Source: Candidatus Latescibacterota bacterium (lineage in GTDB: Bacteria; Krumholzibacteriota; Krumholzibacteriia; WVZY01; JAKEHA01). Taken from it: a DNA stretch of 64,000 nucleotides. The notes beneath the pieces were generated by a model. That model saw only the letters and a program-made list of their open reading frames with translations, ran no database searches and was not told the DNA's origin. Numbering within the stretch: the stretch's first letter is position 1; each line of letters starts with the position of its first letter. The DNA lies in NCBI GenBank assembly GCA_963707635.1, contig OY970173.1:2080001-2144000 (forward strand). The letters are read 5' to 3'. Position numbers and translations under genes: made by a program. This document shows, piece by piece, positions 1 through 9,657 of the stretch.

Positions 1-1665
1 GACGTCGGCGGGATCGACGCGATCCTTGTACTCCTTTAGGTTCTTCTCGGTCTGGTACACGAGCGCGTCGGCCGCGTTGCGCGCGTCGACTTCCTCGCGC
101 TTGCGATGGTCTTCGTCGTGGAAGCGCTCCGCGTCCTTGACCATCTTCTCGATCTCGGACTCGCTCAGCCCGCTCGAGGCCTTGATGACGATCTTCTGCT
201 CCTTGCCGGTGGCCTTGTCCTTCGCGGAAACATTGAGAATGCCGTTTGCGTCGATGTCGAAGGTCACCTCGACCTGCGGGACGCCGCGCGGCGCGGGCGG
301 AATCCCGGCCAGCTGGAAGCGTCCGATGGTCTTGTTGTCGACGGCCATGTCGCGCTCACCCTGGAGCACATGGATGTCGACCGCCGTCTGTCCGTCCGCG
401 GCGGTCGAGAAGACCTCGCCCTTGCGCGTCGGAATGGTCGTGTTGCGGTCGATCAGGCGAGTCATCACGCCGCCGAGGGTCTCGATGCCCAGCGACAGCG
501 GAGTCACGTCGAGCAGGAGAACGTCGCGGACGGTCGAGTCCAGAACGCCGGCCTGAATCGCCGCCCCGATCGCGACCACCTCATCCGGGTTGATCCCCTT
601 GTGGGGTTCCTTGCCGAAGAGCTCCTGCACCTTGCGCTGCACCATGGGCACGCGCGTCGAGCCGCCGACCAGGATGACTTCGTCGATGTCCGCCGGCTTC
701 AAGCCCGCGTCGGCCATCGCCTGCTTGCACGGGCCAACGGTGCGCTCGACCAGTTCCTCGACGAGCTGTTCGAGCTTCGCGCGCGTGAGCTTCACGTTGA
801 GGTGTTTCGGCCCCGACGCGTCGGCAGTAATAAAGGGCAGGTTGATCTCGGTCTGCAGCGCGGTGGAGAGCTCGCACTTCGCGCGCTCGCCCGCTTCCTT
901 CAGGCGCTGGAGCGCGATCGCATCCTTGGACAGGTCGATGCCCTGCTCCTTCTTGAATTCGGCCACGAGCCACTCGATCACGCGCTGGTCGAAGTCGTCT
1001 CCGCCCAGGTGGGTGTCGCCGTTGGTCGCCTTCACCTCGAATACGCCTTCGCCCAGCTCGAGCACCGACACGTCGAAGGTGCCGCCGCCGAGGTCGTAGA
1101 CAACGATGGTCTCGTCCTTGCGCTTGTCGAGGCCGTAGGCGAGCGCGGCGGCGGTGGGCTCGTTGATGATGCGCTTGACGTTGAGCCCCGCGATCTTGCC
1201 GGCGTCCTTGGTAGCCTGGCGCTGGCTGTCATTAAAATATGCCGGCACCGTGATGACGGCATCGGTCACGGGTTCCCCGAGGTACGACTCGGCGGCGCTC
1301 TTGAGGTACTGGAGCACCATGGCGGAGAGCTCGGGCGGCGAGTACTTCTGCCCCGCGATCTCGACGACCACGGAGGCGCCGCTCCCTTGGCTCACGGTGT
1401 ACGGGATCATCCGCGTTTCATTCGTGACCTCGCTGAACTTCCGGCCGATGAAACGCTTGATGGAATACACGGTGTTGTGCGGGTTCGTAATGGCCTGCCG
1501 CTTGGCGATCTGGCCGACCAGACGTTCGCCGTCCTTGGTGATGGCGATGACGGACGGAGTCGTCCGGGCGCCGTCCGGGTTCGGAACGACTTTCGGTTCC
1601 GTTCCCTCGATAATGGCGACGCAGGAATTCGTGGTTCCCAGGTCGATGCCGATGGTCTTTCCCAT
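1..1665 (-). CDS. dnaK: Chaperone DnaK (Hsp70), 5' part; runs off the window's left edge
   Basis: Minus strand from ATG at 1665 reads [15 protein letters not shown]...; contains [30 protein letters not shown] and LVGGSTRVP Hsp70 motifs. Not in the ORF track because its stop is outside the window. Confidence 0.97.
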   Translation of the reverse strand, partial: MGKTIGIDLGTTNSCVAIIEGTEPKVVPNPDGARTTPSVIAITKDGERLVGQIAKRQAITNPHNTVYSIKRFIGRKFSEVTNETRMIPYTVSQGSGASVVVEIAGQKYSPPELSAMVLQYLKSAAESYLGEPVTDAVITVPAYFNDSQRQATKDAGKIAGLNVKRIINEPTAAALAYGLDKRKDETIVVYDLGGGTFDVSVLELGEGVFEVKATNGDTHLGGDDFDQRVIEWLVAEFKKEQGIDLSKDAIALQRLKEAGERAKCELSTALQTEINLPFITADASGPKHLNVKLTRAKLEQLVEELVERTVGPCKQAMADAGLKPADIDEVILVGGSTRVPMVQRKVQELFGKEPHKGINPDEVVAIGAAIQAGVLDSTVRDVLLLDVTPLSLGIETLGGVMTRLIDRNTTIPTRKGEVFSTAADGQTAVDIHVLQGERDMAVDNKTIGRFQLAGIPPAPRGVPQVEVTFDIDANGILNVSAKDKATGKEQKIVIKASSGLSESEIEKMVKDAERFHDEDHRKREEVDARNAADALVYQTEKNLKEYKDRVDPADV

Positions 1666-1732
1666 GCGCTATCCGGTTCCTTTCCGAGAATGGAATCAAC
1701 GCGGCTGTACGCAGCCGACGCTATTCCTATAC

Positions 1733-1747
1733 ACAAGAGGCGTGCCA
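1733..1747 (-). promoter_or_regulatory. Putative sigma54 (-24/-12) promoter of dnaK
   Basis: Minus strand TGGCACG-CCTC-TTGT against consensus TGGCACG-N4-TTGC (GT instead of GC at -12). An AT-rich tract and palindromes lie upstream. Confidence 0.5.
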
Positions 1748-1852
1748 TTGCGTTCCGCCAGTTTAATACATTGTTGCTATTTAACTTACATGTTACGGGC
1801 TCAAAACGCAGGGTCTGCCACCGGCGCATGGGCAGTAAATCATGACACCGTG

Positions 1853-2170
1853 TCAGCTATTAGGATCCGGCTGGCGATCGAGCAGGCCGATGAGAAGTGT
1901 CAGGCCCACACTGAAATCATTCTCGAGGGGTGGGCGCTCGGCCCTCTTGGGTGGGAGCGCAAAGCGGGGCTGCCCGGCGCGCACGCGGACTTCGAGTTCG
2001 CGCCACCGGGGGTCGGAGATCGAGACGCCCTTGGCGACACAGGCGGACAGGAACCCGGCCCAGGATTCTATCGAGGCCGGGTCGCCCCGGCGCGCCGCCC
2101 TGGCGTCCCAGATCCCGGCAAAGGACCCGGCGACATCGTTCAGGACCTCGACCAGGCGGCGATCGTTCAA
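1853..2170 (-). CDS. Hypothetical protein (~105 aa)
   Basis: In frame with ORF 1853..2362. TTG at 2170 is preceded by GGAGGG; reads MNDRRLVEVLNDVAGSFAGIW...; no recognised motif. Confidence 0.5.
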   Translation of the reverse strand: MNDRRLVEVLNDVAGSFAGIWDARAARRGDPASIESWAGFLSACVAKGVSISDPRWRELEVRVRAGQPRFALPPKRAERPPLENDFSVGLTLLIGLLDRQPDPNS

Positions 2171-2212
2171 CAGCGCCCTCCAGAGATACACAACCGACAC
2201 ACAACAAAACAA

Positions 2213-2241
2213 TTGACAGCGGTTCCCGACAGGCGTAAATT
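2213..2241 (+). promoter_or_regulatory. sigma70-type promoter
   Basis: TTGACA (2213-2218), N17, TAAATT (2236-2241), with an A-rich UP-like tract upstream. No coding ORF follows on +. Confidence 0.65.
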
Positions 2242-2246
2242 CACGA

Positions 2247-2382
2247 ACGCAGAAAGCCTGACGCAAGGTTGATCTTGCCCCAGTACCTACTCGACCTTTT
2301 TGTCGGTTAGAGGGCTTGCCCTCAGCACCTACCAAAAAGGATACCCCTGACACCCCTTGCACAGGCTTTCTGCATTTCTATT
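2247..2382 (+). ncRNA. Candidate structured small RNA (~130 nt)
   Basis: Begins at the predicted TSS. GCAGAAAGCCTG..GCAAGG (2249-2268) is complementary to CCTTGC.CAGGCTTTCTGC (2355-2373); internal hairpins; U-rich tail. Confidence 0.55.
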
Positions 2383-3775
2383 CCACCCGCTCCCCCGTCC
2401 CCGGTTCCTGAACAGGACCTTTTTCCGCCGCAAGAAGCTCCAGCAACACCGGTCGCAGATTGTGTAGCGGCGATTCGATGACGTGTTCGAGCAGCCGCTC
2501 GAGCGCGCGTCCAACGGCGGGGCCCGGCCCGATACCCAGCACGCGCATCACGTCCCCGCCGTCGACCTCGAGGTCGGCGACCCGCAGCGCGGCCCGCTCC
2601 CGCCGCTCGTAGGCCACCCGCTTCCGCAGGGCGTCGAGTTGCCCCAGCTCTCCGGCCATCCCGTCGACGTGCAGGCGAGCGCGGCAGTCGGCTTCGCGCA
2701 GCCGGAAAAGATCGTCCAGCAGGTCGGAACCGACCGTGCGCATGAATCGCCTCACCGTGGCCGCGCGCCATTCCGGCGCGTACCGATACATGTGGTGCCG
2801 CACCAGGCGCCGGCAGCAGGCGACGAACGACGTCGGATAGCGTAACCGCCCCAGGACCGCTTCGGTGATGTCGGCACTCACCAGCTCGTGGCCGTAGAAG
2901 ACGACGCGGGACCCGCGCTCGTCGGTGACCGATTGTCGCGCGTCCACCTTGCCGGTGTCGTGCAGGAGCGCCGCCCACCGCACGAGCAGGTTCTCGCGCG
3001 GCGCCGCGTCGCAGGTCTTTAGCGAGTGCCAGTAGACGTCGTCGGGATGATACTCGTTCTGGGTGACGCCCGCACACCGGGCGAGTTCGGGAAGCATCAC
3101 CGCCAGAGCGCCGGTCTGGTAGAGCAGGTGCCACGCGGCGCCGGGACGGTCGCACTGGGTCATGGTCTTGGTGCACTCGTCGCGAATCCGCTCGGCACTG
3201 ACGGTCGCGACGAGGGCGGCCGATTCTCGCATCCGCGCGCGTGTTTCCGCATCCACCTCGAGGTCGAATCGCGCGGTGAAGCGTGCGCCGCGCAGAATTC
3301 GCAGCGGATCCTCCACGAACGCGCGCTCGAAGATGGTGCGCAGCCGGCGGCGCACGAGATCGCCGGCGCCGCCGAAGGGGTCGACCCGATGTCCGTCCGG
3401 GACGCGCTCCGCGATGGCGTTGATGGTGAAGTCCCGGCGGCGAAGATCGTCTTCCACCGGCAGCCGCCAGTCCCACCGCACGTCGAAGTCACGGTGCCCC
3501 GGTCCCGTCGACGTCTCGGTGCGCGGGAAGACTATATCGTAGGTGACGCCGTCGTCCGCCGCCGTGAACTTGTAGACGCCGAACGCCTTGCCGACCAGCG
3601 CCACGGCACCGTGGCGCGCGAGGATGCCTTCCAGCACCTCAGGCGGCAGCCCGCGCACGAGCAGGTCGGTGTCGGGCAGCCCCGACAACCCGAGCAACCG
3701 GTCGCGCACCGCGCCACCCACCCGGTACAGCTCTCCGCGCGCGAGGATTTCGGACTGCCAGGCCGGGAGGTTCAC
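2378..3775 (-). CDS. cca: CCA tRNA nucleotidyltransferase / poly(A) polymerase family with HD domain
   Basis: VGGAVRD, DTDLLV, DLRRRDFTINA, EDPLRILR and LLHDTGK motifs. GTG start overlaps the upstream stop (GTGA). Confidence 0.9.
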   Translation of the reverse strand: MNLPAWQSEILARGELYRVGGAVRDRLLGLSGLPDTDLLVRGLPPEVLEGILARHGAVALVGKAFGVYKFTAADDGVTYDIVFPRTETSTGPGHRDFDVRWDWRLPVEDDLRRRDFTINAIAERVPDGHRVDPFGGAGDLVRRRLRTIFERAFVEDPLRILRGARFTARFDLEVDAETRARMRESAALVATVSAERIRDECTKTMTQCDRPGAAWHLLYQTGALAVMLPELARCAGVTQNEYHPDDVYWHSLKTCDAAPRENLLVRWAALLHDTGKVDARQSVTDERGSRVVFYGHELVSADITEAVLGRLRYPTSFVACCRRLVRHHMYRYAPEWRAATVRRFMRTVGSDLLDDLFRLREADCRARLHVDGMAGELGQLDALRKRVAYERRERAALRVADLEVDGGDVMRVLGIGPGPAVGRALERLLEHVIESPLHNLRPVLLELLAAEKGPVQEPGTGERVE

Positions 3776-4746
3776 GGCTGCCCGTCGCGCGGCCAGCGCA
3801 CCGGGTGGCGCACCCAGAGTGCCAGACCCGCCAGCGCGGTCAGGTATGTACCGATCAGCACGTAGACGATCGAAAACCCGACCGCTTCGGCGCTGCCGAC
3901 GCCGACCACGGAGAAGAAGTAGATGACGGTCGCGTCTCGCGTCCCCAGCCCCGAAATCGAGAACGGGATCAATTCGACCAGTGTGACGATGGGCATCATC
4001 AACACGATGTAGGCCGGTGACACCGGGATCGAGAGGAGAAGCGATACGTAGACCGCCAGCGCAAAGATGAGCGCCCAGCACACGAGCGTCATCGCGGCCA
4101 TCACGGCGATGCGGCGGCGCGACGCGCCATAGACGCGGAGTGCGTCGTAGAAGGAATGAAAGCCGGTCGACCACCGGTCGCGATGGCGGGCCGGTACCAG
4201 AACCGAAAAGGCGGGTTTCAAGAGCGCCCGCATCCACCGCCGGTTGGTGGCCATGACCGCGGCGGCGGCGATGGCGGCCGCCCCGAGCGCGAACAGCGGC
4301 GCCGACGGAATCTGGATGTACCGCTGCGAGAATATCAGGGTGGTCGCGACCCCGCCGACCAGGATGAAGCCGAGGTCCCAGAGGCGGTCGACGAAGACCG
4401 TGAGGAGTGTTTCCCCCAGCGGACGACCGGTGTCCGTGCGGAGATAGAGCGCGCGAAGGGCGTCGCCGGCCTTGCCCGGGGTCACCGACGACGCGAAGAA
4501 GCCGATCATCCACACCGACGTGCTGCGCCGCAGCCCGTATTCCATGCCCAGGGAGCGGATGACGTAGCGCCAGCGCGCCCCGCGCGCGACGGAAATGGCG
4601 GCGATGATGAGCGGCGCCCACAGGAGCTGGACCGGCTCGATCCCGCGCAGGATCCCGATGATCCGGGCGGGGCCGGTGCGCGCGACGATGGCGGCGAATA
4701 TCGCCAGGCCGACGAGCGGCATCAGGATCGCAAGCGCGCGCTTCAT
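3772..4746 (-). CDS. Lysylphosphatidylglycerol synthase TM-domain / flippase-like membrane protein
   Basis: Multi-TM; RWRY, TPGKAGDALRA, DRLWD and PFSISGLGTRD motifs typical of the LPG_synthase_TM family. Confidence 0.8.
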   Translation of the reverse strand: MKRALAILMPLVGLAIFAAIVARTGPARIIGILRGIEPVQLLWAPLIIAAISVARGARWRYVIRSLGMEYGLRRSTSVWMIGFFASSVTPGKAGDALRALYLRTDTGRPLGETLLTVFVDRLWDLGFILVGGVATTLIFSQRYIQIPSAPLFALGAAAIAAAAVMATNRRWMRALLKPAFSVLVPARHRDRWSTGFHSFYDALRVYGASRRRIAVMAAMTLVCWALIFALAVYVSLLLSIPVSPAYIVLMMPIVTLVELIPFSISGLGTRDATVIYFFSVVGVGSAEAVGFSIVYVLIGTYLTALAGLALWVRHPVRWPRDGQP

Positions 4747-4803
4747 GAGGTCGATGGTTCGGATCGGGAATGGGTCCGGGGCCGCGGCGAATGAACCGGC
4801 TGC

Positions 4804-4832
4804 TTGATTTCGCCGCCCAACCCCCCTATAAT
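4804..4832 (+). promoter_or_regulatory. sigma70 promoter of the sat/cysC operon
   Basis: TTGATT-N17-TATAAT; AGGAG RBS at 4852-4856 before GTG 4864. Confidence 0.7.
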
Positions 4833-4863
4833 ACTCCAATCATAGCCCCTTAGGAGTCCATTT

Positions 4864-5082
4864 GTGAAGCACGACAAGGTCACGATCAAGATCCCCCGGC
4901 CCCTGTACAATCGAGTCCAGCAGCTCATCGACGACTCCGGATTCAATTCTCCGACCGACTTCATTGTATACGTGCTGCGCGACGTGTTGAGCGAGCGAGG
5001 CCTCGACCACGGGGACACGTTCACGCCGGAAGAGCTCGCCGCCATCAAGCAGAAGCTCCGGCGACTCGGATATCTCGACTAG
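4864..5082 (+). CDS. Small ribbon-helix-helix (CopG-like) protein with C-terminal LGY motif
   Basis: KVTIKIPRPLYNRVQQLI...FNSPTDFIVYVLRD RHH pattern; tail EELAAIKQKLRRLGYLD; good RBS. Confidence 0.8.
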   Translation: MKHDKVTIKIPRPLYNRVQQLIDDSGFNSPTDFIVYVLRDVLSERGLDHGDTFTPEELAAIKQKLRRLGYLD

Positions 5083-5106
5083 ACCCTCGGCGAGGAGGAC
5101 GTTCAC

Positions 5107-6267
5107 ATGATTGCACCACATGGCGGGACGCTGGTCTCGCGGATCGTTCCCGCGCGCGAACGAGACCCGCTGCGCGACCACGCCAGCACCCTGCCCGTCA
5201 TCGACCTCAACGCGCGCGAGTCGTCCGACCTGCTCTTGATCGCGATCGGCGGCATGAGTCCACTCGAGGGTTTCATGGGGCGGGCGGACTACGAGCACGT
5301 GCTCACCGACATGCGCCTCGCCTCCGGAATTCCGTGGTCGCTTCCGGTCACACTCTCGGTCGAGTCCGACACGATGCGCGGGCGCCGCACGCCCTTCGTC
5401 GCGTCCCTGCGCACTCCGGAGGGCAAGATCGTGGGCTTGATGACGGTGGACGAGCTCTTCGCCCCCGACAAGACGCGGGAGGCGGAACGAGCGCTGGGCA
5501 CGGCGGACCCCAGGCATCCCGGCGTGCAGTACCTCGACACGACCGGCGACCTGTACGCCGGCGGGAAGGTGTGGCTGCTCGAGCGCGTCAAGGACGGGCC
5601 GTTTGCCGCTCATGAGAGCGACCCGGCCGAGACACGTGCGCTCTTCGCCGAAAAGAAATGGGAGCGGGTGTGCGCGTTCCAGACCCGCAATCCGATCCAT
5701 CGCGCGCACGAGTATCTGATCAAGTGCGCGCTCGAAACCGTGGACGGGTTTCTGATCCACCCGGCGATGGGTGAAACCAAGTCCGACGACGTTCCGGCGG
5801 TGGTGCGGATGGAATGCTATCTCGCGCTGACGCGGAACTACTTCCCCGGTAGCCACGTCGCCCTGACGGTGTTTCCCTACGCGATGCGCTACGCGGGACC
5901 GCGCGAAGCGATCCTGCACGCGATCATTCGCAAGAACTACGGCTGCACGCATTTCATCGTGGGCCGCGACCACGCCGGCGTAGGCAACTATTACGGCACC
6001 TACGACGCCCAGCGCATCTTCGCGCAGTTCACCCCCGACGAGCTTGCGATCACGCCCGTGTTCTTCGAGCACTCGTTCTTCTGCACGCGTTGCGGCGGCA
6101 TGGCGTCGGAGAAGACGTGCCCGCACGGGGCGGAGAGCCGGGTGGCCTTGAGCGGCACCCGGGTGCGCGAGCTGCTCGCGAGCGGCGCGCCGCTGCCGGA
6201 CGAGTTCACCCGGCGCGAAGTGGCCGAGATCCTGCAGCGCCATTACGCCGGCGCGAAGGCGGGCTAG
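5107..6267 (+). CDS. sat: Sulfate adenylyltransferase (ATP sulfurylase)
   Basis: APHGG N-terminus, SPLEGFM, FQTRNPIHRAHE, YAGPREA, GRDHAGVG and Zn site CTRC...CPH. Confidence 0.97.
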   Translation: MIAPHGGTLVSRIVPARERDPLRDHASTLPVIDLNARESSDLLLIAIGGMSPLEGFMGRADYEHVLTDMRLASGIPWSLPVTLSVESDTMRGRRTPFVASLRTPEGKIVGLMTVDELFAPDKTREAERALGTADPRHPGVQYLDTTGDLYAGGKVWLLERVKDGPFAAHESDPAETRALFAEKKWERVCAFQTRNPIHRAHEYLIKCALETVDGFLIHPAMGETKSDDVPAVVRMECYLALTRNYFPGSHVALTVFPYAMRYAGPREAILHAIIRKNYGCTHFIVGRDHAGVGNYYGTYDAQRIFAQFTPDELAITPVFFEHSFFCTRCGGMASEKTCPHGAESRVALSGTRVRELLASGAPLPDEFTRREVAEILQRHYAGAKAG

Positions 6268-6270
6268 CCC

Positions 6271-7650
6271 GTGTCGCGACGCCTGCTCGTCATCGGCCTG
6301 GATTGCGTCACACCTGAATTGTTCTTCGGGCCGTGGTTGGAGGAAATGCCGAACCTGCGCCGGCTGATCCAGAACGGAATCCAGGCGCGTTTGGTCTCGA
6401 CGGTCCCGCCCATCACGGTCCCCGCCTGGATGGCCATGATGACCTCCCACGACCCGGGCATGCTGGGCATTTACGGCTTTCGCAATCGCGCGCGACACGA
6501 CTACGAAGACACCTACACCGTCAACGCCACCCACGTGCAGGCCCGCACGGTGTGGAACATCCTTTCCAGAAACCGGCTGCGATCGATCGTCATGGGAGTT
6601 CCGCTGACGTACCCGCCCAAGCCGCTCAACGGCTTGATGGTCGGGTGTTTCCTGACCCCGGACTCCGCCGCCGAGTTCACCTATCCCCCGGAGCTCAAGC
6701 GGCGGCTCAACACGCTGGCGGGCGGCGAGTACATCATCGACGTGAAGGATTTTCGCAACGAGCGCAAGCAGGAGACACTCGAGCAGATCGAACGCATGAC
6801 CGAACGGCGGTTTCGAGCGTTCCGCGGCCTGCTCGCGGGCGAAGAGTGGGATTTCGCGATGATGGTCGAGATGGGACCGGACCGGCTGCACCACGCTTTC
6901 TGGCGCTACTCCGATTCGGGACACCGGCTGTACGAAAAGGGCAACCCGTTCGAGGACGTCATCCACCGGTACTACCTCGAGATGGACGCCGAAATCGGCC
7001 GCACCGTCGACGCGGTGCCCGCGGACACATCGGTGATCGTCGTTTCGGACCACGGCGCCCGGCGCATGGCCGGCGCGATCTGCGTCAACGAGTTCCTGAT
7101 TCGCGAGGGCTACCTGACGCTCAAGTCGTACCCGGACCACCCGACGCGGCTCACCCCGGATCTGGTGGACTGGGATCGTACGTTGGCGTGGGGCGACGGC
7201 GGTTACTACGCGCGCGTGTTTCTCAACGTGGCCGGGCGCGAGCCCCGCGGGCAGGTGGCCCCCGACGACGCCGCGCGCGTCGGCCGCGAACTCGCGGCCA
7301 AGCTGGAGGCGCTCGGCGACGAGAACGGGCGCCCGATCGGGACGCGCGTATTCTTTCCCGGGGAGATCTATCGCGAAACGCGTGGGGTGCCGCCCGACCT
7401 GATCGTGTATCTTGGCGACCTCGAGTGGCGCAGCGCCGGAACCGTCGGACACGGCCGCGTGCACGTCTTCGAGAACGACACCGGGCCGGACGACGCGAAC
7501 CACGCCCAGGAAGGCGTCTTCGTGTGGGCGAACCGGGGCAAGGCGCCCGCGGGTCCGGTCGCGCGGGTGTCGATCTACGACGTGGCGCCCTCGATACTCG
7601 ACTACTTTTCGATACCGGCTCCGCCGGAGATGATCGGGCACGTGATTTAG
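6271..7650 (+). CDS. Alkaline phosphatase superfamily (nucleotide pyrophosphatase/phosphodiesterase-like) protein 1, cytoplasmic
   Basis: IGLD, STVPPITVPAW (Thr nucleophile position), DRLHH, SDHG and DDANH; no signal peptide. Confidence 0.88.
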   Translation: MSRRLLVIGLDCVTPELFFGPWLEEMPNLRRLIQNGIQARLVSTVPPITVPAWMAMMTSHDPGMLGIYGFRNRARHDYEDTYTVNATHVQARTVWNILSRNRLRSIVMGVPLTYPPKPLNGLMVGCFLTPDSAAEFTYPPELKRRLNTLAGGEYIIDVKDFRNERKQETLEQIERMTERRFRAFRGLLAGEEWDFAMMVEMGPDRLHHAFWRYSDSGHRLYEKGNPFEDVIHRYYLEMDAEIGRTVDAVPADTSVIVVSDHGARRMAGAICVNEFLIREGYLTLKSYPDHPTRLTPDLVDWDRTLAWGDGGYYARVFLNVAGREPRGQVAPDDAARVGRELAAKLEALGDENGRPIGTRVFFPGEIYRETRGVPPDLIVYLGDLEWRSAGTVGHGRVHVFENDTGPDDANHAQEGVFVWANRGKAPAGPVARVSIYDVAPSILDYFSIPAPPEMIGHVI

Positions 7651-7725
7651 CGCAACGTGCTGCGGGCGAGCCGAACGGCGGCCACCCCGCGTCGTGCCAA
7701 ACCGTAATGCTTCAACGGAGGATCT

Positions 7726-8325
7726 ATGAAAGGCTTCACGCTGTGGTTCACCGGGCTACCCTCGTCGGGCAAGTCGACGCTGGCTCGTCGCGTGGAGGAG
7801 ATCCTCCTCGAGCGCGGGATGAACGTCGAGGTCCTGGACGGGGATGAAGTCCGCGAAAACTTGAGCAAGGGGCTCGGGTTCTCGAAGGAGGACCGCGACA
7901 CCAACATCCGGCGCATTGGCTTCGTCGCCAAGCTGCTCGCGCGCAACGGCGTGGTCGCCATCACGGCGGCGATTTCGCCCTACCGCGACGTGCGCGATGA
8001 AATGCGGCGCGCGATCGGACGCTTCGTCGAGGTGTACGTCGAGTGCCCCATCGACGTGCTCAAGGAACGAGACGTCAAGGGCCTGTACAAGAAGGCGCTG
8101 GCCGGCGAGATCAAGCATTTCACCGGCGTGGACGATCCCTACGAGCCGCCGCTCAAACCCGAAGTGGTCGTGCACAGCGACCGCGAGGGCGTGGACGAGA
8201 GCGTGGCCCGGATCGTGGGAACGCTCGAAGTGCTCGGGTACATCCCGCGGGCGTCCGGGGGCGACTTCTCCGCCGCCGAAGAGGAAACCATCAAACGCCG
8301 GCTTAAGGATCTCGGCTACATCTGA
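7726..8325 (+). CDS. cysC: Adenylyl-sulfate (APS) kinase with C-terminal LGY extension
   Basis: [39 protein letters not shown] and FTGVDDPYE; tail [15 protein letters not shown]. Confidence 0.96.
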   Translation: MKGFTLWFTGLPSSGKSTLARRVEEILLERGMNVEVLDGDEVRENLSKGLGFSKEDRDTNIRRIGFVAKLLARNGVVAITAAISPYRDVRDEMRRAIGRFVEVYVECPIDVLKERDVKGLYKKALAGEIKHFTGVDDPYEPPLKPEVVVHSDREGVDESVARIVGTLEVLGYIPRASGGDFSAAEEETIKRRLKDLGYI

Positions 8326-8330
8326 CCCCC

Positions 8331-9657
8331 ATGCTCAAGTGGTTTCAGCAACCGGCGGAGCGGGCCTGCGTCGTCGGACTCGACGGCGTTCCCTGCTCGA
8401 TGATCCGGCGCTTCACGCAATCCGGCGTCATGCCCCGCATGGCGGAAATCGTGGCCCGGGGCGCCCTGCGCGAAACCACCGTGTCGCTGCCCGAGATCTC
8501 TTCCGTCAGCTGGTCGTCGTTCATGACCGGCAAGAACCCGGGTGAGCACGGCATCTTCGGATTCACCGATTTGCACCCGGGGACCTACACGCAGAGCTTC
8601 CCGAGTTTTCGCGACCTCAAGTGCGACACCATCTGGGACCGCCTCGGCGAGCGCAAGATGCGCAGCGTCGTGATCAACCAGCCCGCGACCTATCCGGCGC
8701 GGCCGATCCACGGCGTGCTGGTGTCGGGCTTCGTCGCGGTTCACCTCGACCGCTCCGTGTTTCCCGCGCGCTATCTGCGCCTGCTGCGCGACATCAACTA
8801 CGAGATCGACCTCGACGCAGAGGTCGTGCGCGACAACCCGACGGCCCTGTTCCGCAAGCTGCACGAGTTGCTCATCGCGCGCGAGCGGTTGCTGGACGCG
8901 CTGTGGACGGAAGAGAAATGGAACCTGATGCAGGTGGTGGTCACCGGAACCGACCGCCTGCACCACTTCCTCTTCGACGCATACGACGACGCGGCCCACC
9001 CGGAGCACCAGGGTTTTCTCGACTACTATCGAGCGGTGGACGCGTTCGTCGGGCGCGTTTACGACCGCTTTGCCGCCTCCGGCGACGGGCGAAACTTCTT
9101 CGTCCTTTCCGACCACGGGTTTTGCCGCACGAGCCACGAGGTGAACGTCAACGCCGTCCTGGAGCAGAACGGGCTGCTCGCCTTCGCGACGGCCGACGCG
9201 ACCGGGCTGGACGGAATCTCCGAGCGCGCGGCGGCGTTCGCGCTGGACCCCGCGCGCCTCTATGTCCACCGCCGCGGCCGCTTCCCCCGCGGTGGGGTGG
9301 CCGAGGATCGCGTCGAGGGCGTCCTCGACGAGCTCACGGCCCTGTTCACGTCGCTGCGCGCACGAGGGAGAGCCGGTCGTGCGCCGGATCTTTCGCGGGC
9401 GCGATGTGTACCATGGCAGTGAAGCGGCCCGCGGTCCGGACCTGTTGCTCGTTCCCGTCAACGGGTTCGACCTGAAGGGGCGCGTGCGCGCGCGCGAGGT
9501 GGTGGCTCCCCGCCGTCTCCAGGGCATGCACACCTGGGACGACGCGTTCGTGGCCACGCTGCGCACGGACCTCGTCCCCCAGGGCCGCGAGCTGACGCTG
9601 CTGGACGTGCCGCGGATGATTCTCAAGAGCCTCCATGTCGAACCGATGGATTCGTAG
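8331..9657 (+). CDS. AlkP/NPP-like protein 2, cytoplasmic; single frameshift near 9360 (sequencing error or pseudogene)
   Basis: GLDGVP, VSLPEISSVSW, DRLHH and SDHG in frame 8331. The family-like C-terminus (EPVVRRIFRGRDVYHG..GPDLL..QGMHTWDDAF) continues in ORF 9262..9657. Confidence 0.82.

Noticed and set aside
106..1845. 579-aa + strand ORF
   Set aside because: It is the well-known antisense shadow frame of dnaK; the real gene is on the minus strand.
2274..2332. Direct repeat as a mini-CRISPR, or the RNA as SRP RNA or a c-di-GMP riboswitch
   Set aside because: Only two 17-18 bp imperfect copies and no cas genes; the SRP and GEMM consensus motifs are not seen.
4840..7641. 933-aa minus-strand ORF, and similar long ORFs such as 20102..22171 +, 41357..43165 + and 48900..51395 +
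   Set aside because: Antisense shadows of clear genes in high-GC DNA; no recognisable motifs.
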